DNA from: a virus
Taxonomy: Duplodnaviria > Caudoviricetes
Virus record (IMG/VR): IMGVR_UViG_3300031260_000082
Span: 1 to 31,627 of that record
Length of the DNA stretch: 31,627 nucleotides
Strand: one strand, 5' to 3'
Shown here piece by piece: positions 25,552 through 31,627 of this stretch; position 1 is the first letter of the stretch, and every line of letters begins with the position of its first letter. The notes beneath the pieces were generated by a model. That model made no database searches and was not told where the DNA came from. It saw only the letters and a list, made by a program, of their open reading frames with translations. The position numbers were made by a program, and so were the translations under genes.

Positions 25552-27478
25552 TCGCGCCTCCGGTTGGCACAAGATTCCCTGCTTGTGCTTGTTGCATTAC
25601 TTGTTCATCAGGCATCACGCGGTAAAACTCTTGAACGTTTTTCTCGCCTCCGGCACGGGCAATCTTATCAAAAATCCGCACAATATCAAAGCGTTGGTTT
25701 AGTTCAGGATGTTCAGCAATTAGAGTAAAAACCTGTAACCACATATCAACGTCGCGTGTTGCAGGAATTGAGCCGTCCCGACACACAACATCATAATCAA
25801 TAAGAAGGTCAGCAGGAGTAACTTTCATCCTTCCTCGCTGGATGTCAAGACCGTATTCCTGTTCTAGACGCTTTTGCCACTCTCCAATCGTATTGACGTA
25901 AGTTTCTTGTGACATCAACTGTTGGGTATGTGAAGCGAAGAAGTATGCAATATCCTGCATCGCCTGCATCGAGATAACTTTTGCCATGTGCTCAAGACGT
26001 GTGAGAGAAGATTGACGAGTTCCAAGAAACTCACTCTTTGTCAAACGTTCAGGTCCGCCTGCACGAAGACTTCCCATCAAGCTTTCATCAACTCCAACGA
26101 TATTGTTCATCCAGTTAATAATCCACGACGCATCACCAATGTTAGCGCGTGTGACATCATTAACTGCAAGCTGCATTACAGCGTCTCGCACACCGCGGCC
26201 CCAGGCAGGTCTGCGCATACGAATGAGCTTACCTGGTTCGGGCGTTTGTAGGTCCTTTATATTCACCATGTAAGGGTCAACAACGAGCATGTCGTTTATT
26301 GCCTTACGCACGTTGGTGATGTGACTGTTGAACAACCAGTTAAGCGTATGCTGCAAACCATACTGCGTCTCAAGCTTTGAAACAGGAAGCGACGAGTATC
26401 CATCAAAATCTGGCGCGGCAATCGCAATTGGAAACATTCCGTGGTTTAAGTTCAACGGCCGCGCCTGGATGAGAACCTCGCCAGCAGCAACACTAAAAAG
26501 CCACTTTTCAGGGTAAGTCGAATCGCCAAGTCCCCACTCATAAGGAATCAAATCCATGTACATATGGACTACTTGGCATTGTTTAGTCTCATGCGCCAGA
26601 GCATTTTGAGAGACTTTAGTTTTCTCACTTCTCCCAGAATTATCGCTTTCAAAATCTACGCGTAGATTAAGAAGGTGTCGTAAATACTGCCCATTAAAGT
26701 AATTCTCATCCATCTGCTCACGGCGCAAAATCCCAACAAAATTAGTATTTTCTACCCACCCAAAAAACTCTGCGTCTTGAATGCGATTAACAGAAACGCC
26801 TGGGTCAGGAAGCACACAATAAGGGTCGATGTTATAGAGCGCATTCCCTTCAAAAAGAACTACTTCTTCCTCTTCGACGGGTTCGCGATTAAAAAGTCTG
26901 CCGAAAATATCTAGCTTCCCCGACTTGCGCAAAACATTCCGACGACCACGACGCACTTCCCATGTCGGAGCAACAACTCCAACACCATAAGCCATGGCAT
27001 CCCGGAACATAGTATGTAGAGCTAACGCCACTTTGTTCTTTTGGCAGTGTTTTTGAACCACAAGCTCTAGCATTATCGCACCGAGAGTGTCTTCTGGAGA
27101 CGAACCTTCGTAGCGAAAAATAGGGTCTTGGAAAAACGCTGCAGAAAGATAAGTCAACAACGTCTCCAAAACGGCGTATGAATAAGGAAAAATAATCGTC
27201 GTTGGTTTCGTCGGGTCGTTTTCTTTTACTTCAACATCTTCTGCTGATGGGCGCACATAAGTAGTGAGCAACTTATCAATGTCTCGCCAGGAAGAAAACC
27301 TGTTTGAAACAACACCATAAGCCGCTCTGGCACGCTCCATTACGGTTGAAACAATCTTATCGTGTAGCTTGGACTTTCCTGGCCGAAAATCAAACTCTCC
27401 ATAATCATACTCATAATTGAAGTTCTTCAATTGAGAGACATTTTGAGAGTAAGAACTTCCAGTTATTACATTAGGCAT
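25529..27478 (-). CDS. Portal protein
   Basis: 649 aa immediately after TerL; RDAMAYGVGV, IDPY...PDP, PGKLIR, Q-rich tail; GGAGG SD. Confidence 0.85.
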   Translation of the reverse strand: MPNVITGSSYSQNVSQLKNFNYEYDYGEFDFRPGKSKLHDKIVSTVMERARAAYGVVSNRFSSWRDIDKLLTTYVRPSAEDVEVKENDPTKPTTIIFPYSYAVLETLLTYLSAAFFQDPIFRYEGSSPEDTLGAIMLELVVQKHCQKNKVALALHTMFRDAMAYGVGVVAPTWEVRRGRRNVLRKSGKLDIFGRLFNREPVEEEEVVLFEGNALYNIDPYCVLPDPGVSVNRIQDAEFFGWVENTNFVGILRREQMDENYFNGQYLRHLLNLRVDFESDNSGRSEKTKVSQNALAHETKQCQVVHMYMDLIPYEWGLGDSTYPEKWLFSVAAGEVLIQARPLNLNHGMFPIAIAAPDFDGYSSLPVSKLETQYGLQHTLNWLFNSHITNVRKAINDMLVVDPYMVNIKDLQTPEPGKLIRMRRPAWGRGVRDAVMQLAVNDVTRANIGDASWIINWMNNIVGVDESLMGSLRAGGPERLTKSEFLGTRQSSLTRLEHMAKVISMQAMQDIAYFFASHTQQLMSQETYVNTIGEWQKRLEQEYGLDIQRGRMKVTPADLLIDYDVVCRDGSIPATRDVDMWLQVFTLIAEHPELNQRFDIVRIFDKIARAGGEKNVQEFYRVMPDEQVMQQAQAGNLVPTGGANGQVPQL

Positions 27479-27487
27479 TTTTTCCTC

Positions 27488-30084
<2,597 letters not shown>

Positions 30085-30088
<4 letters not shown>

Positions 30089-30690
30089 TTGATTCTCCTC
30101 AAAGTGTGCCCACCATAATGGATGATGTTTGTTCTTGTCAATAGACTAAGCTGGGCCTGAAAGTTATTAAATCTTGATAAATCACCTTTACTGCATTTCT
30201 TGTGGGCTTGGTTAGGATGGTCTCTCCAAACACGTCCGACAATTGGGCAGAAAATCCCAGGTCCTTCTTGAAGCATTCTCCAAAGAAGATGCTTAGTTTC
30301 ATAACAATACTCGTAGTCTACTATTTCGTGCAAGTATTTCTGAAGCAGGCTGTTGCGAAAAACAATTACTCCGTGAAGTTCTTTTTCACTAGAAACAAAC
30401 GCTCTTTTTTCTCGAGTGTAAGCAAATGAGCATTCTGGACGCTCATTTAGTATGTGCACACAAACACTAAATGCTTGGACGTTGTAGTATAAATCATCCG
30501 GATTTGCAAATGAGACATATTTTCTGTCGCTTAAGGAAAAAGCATAAGCAAAAGATTCCCCTATTCTTCCGACTTTTCCTGGAACGACATAAACATTTTC
30601 TTCAGGAAGCATATTAGTACAACGAACAACCCAGTCAAAGGGTTCGTATGAATGTACCACCACGATATCCAAATCGTTGATGCTTTCCAT
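30085..30690 (-). CDS. Putative GT-A (family 2-like) glycosyltransferase
   Basis: AFSLSDRKYVSFANPDDLY (DxD-like), HGVIVFR, WRDHPNQAH; GT2-like layout. Confidence 0.65.
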
Positions 30691-30697
30691 AATTCAC

Positions 30698-30720
30698 CTA
30701 TGGTTAAAAATCAACCACAC
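30698..30720. promoter_or_regulatory. 23-bp palindromic repeat, copy 6 (CTATGGTTAAAAATCAACCACAC)
   Basis: Fills the gap between the 144-aa gene stop and the AGGTG SD of the glycosyltransferase gene. Confidence 0.8.
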
Positions 30721-31154
30721 TAGAAAAATCTGCTAACATTATATCTTGGGCCAAATAAGCAATTTTTCAAGTTATCTTGCCAATATTCGTTGCTCATATT
30801 AGTGCACGCAACTGCACGAATATACATGCTTACAAGCATCAATCGCAATCCCCGAAGAAAAGAATTTTCAGTACTCTTCAACACAAGAGAAATAACATTA
30901 AAGCCAAAGACTAAGTCCGCTAAATCCTCATCAGCCTTACAGGTACATTTAGTATACATGTGGTCATGGATGTAGCAAGCGAGTTTTAAAGAAACACCTA
31001 AAACGCTGTCAGGGATTAATTTAGCTAACGTTCCTTTTGGACCACACCCATTGAACAACACCGGAAGCTCATCACGTTGGAATTGCAAAAAATCTTCCGG
31101 TCCCATCAAAGTTGCAAAAGTTTCTTTATCAACGAAAAGAACAAGCTCGTTCAT
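30720..31154 (-). CDS. Phospholipase A2-like protein
   Basis: FNGCGPKG, ACYIHDHMY (CxxHDxxY) and ADLVF match the secretory/prokaryotic PLA2 pattern. Confidence 0.6.
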   Translation of the reverse strand: MNELVLFVDKETFATLMGPEDFLQFQRDELPVLFNGCGPKGTLAKLIPDSVLGVSLKLACYIHDHMYTKCTCKADEDLADLVFGFNVISLVLKSTENSFLRGLRLMLVSMYIRAVACTNMSNEYWQDNLKNCLFGPRYNVSRFF

Positions 31155-31612
31155 CTTACCACCTTTACAAAACGAAAACCAGTTAAAAAAGGAGGACTGT
31201 CGCTAAACAATCCTGAAAACATTCCAGGAAACATAATACCTGAATTTATGTTAGCTCCTGCATAGAAGTGTAGATAGTTATCGCTTCCCTGCATTTTCAC
31301 ATAGTCCGCTATAAGCACAGAGACCCAGCTAACATTAGCGGGGAAGTATAGTCCCTGGAGAAATTCAAACCAACCCCATACGCCATCGAAGTTATCTCCA
31401 ATATTAGACTCAACATAATCATTTAGTCCGTTGCACTCAATATGAAATTCGTAGGAAAACTTATCATAAATTACTTCAGGAAGAATTATGAAAGCATTCC
31501 CCCATAAGCCGACAATTCCTCTCCAAGAAATCTCAGCAACGATAGGGTCATCAACAGGCAGGCAATAAGAGTACCCTAAATTAGTAGCTCCAGTAGAGAA
31601 AAAACCACGCAA
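31151..31612 (-). CDS. Hypothetical protein, probably 5'-truncated by the window edge
   Basis: Open frame near the right edge with an ATGA overlap with the next gene. Confidence 0.55.
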   Translation of the reverse strand: MRGFFSTGATNLGYSYCLPVDDPIVAEISWRGIVGLWGNAFIILPEVIYDKFSYEFHIECNGLNDYVESNIGDNFDGVWGWFEFLQGLYFPANVSWVSVLIADYVKMQGSDNYLHFYAGANINSGIMFPGMFSGLFSDSPPFLTGFRFVKVVR

Positions 31613-31627
31613 AGTGTAATTACCGTA

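Overview
The window is a 31.6-kb piece of a tailed dsDNA phage genome with podovirus-like organisation; no host genes, tRNA, rRNA, CRISPR array or integrase were recognised. The + strand arm (1-11456) holds nucleotide-metabolism, lysis, recombination and replication genes: a partial ThyX-like gene, dNMP kinase, GH24 lysozyme, ATP-dependent ligase, Cas4/AddB-like nuclease, Sak4-like ATPase, SSB, ParB-DNA methyltransferase fusion, UDG-PolA fusion and a DUF3987-like NTPase. The convergent - strand arm (11365-31627) is the virion operon: accessory PLA2-like, glycosyltransferase and collagen genes, TerL, portal, scaffold, major capsid, adaptor, nozzle, ejection proteins and a 2125-aa polyvalent protein. 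The most notable non-gene signals are (i) six copies of a 23-bp palindrome (CTRTGGTKAA-AAA-TYAACCAYAG), all at gene junctions and spaced about 4-8 kb apart across both arms, (ii) no GATC found anywhere by eye, and (iii) two promoter-like sites sharing a non-canonical -10. All product calls come from motifs read by eye and from gene order; no database searches were run.
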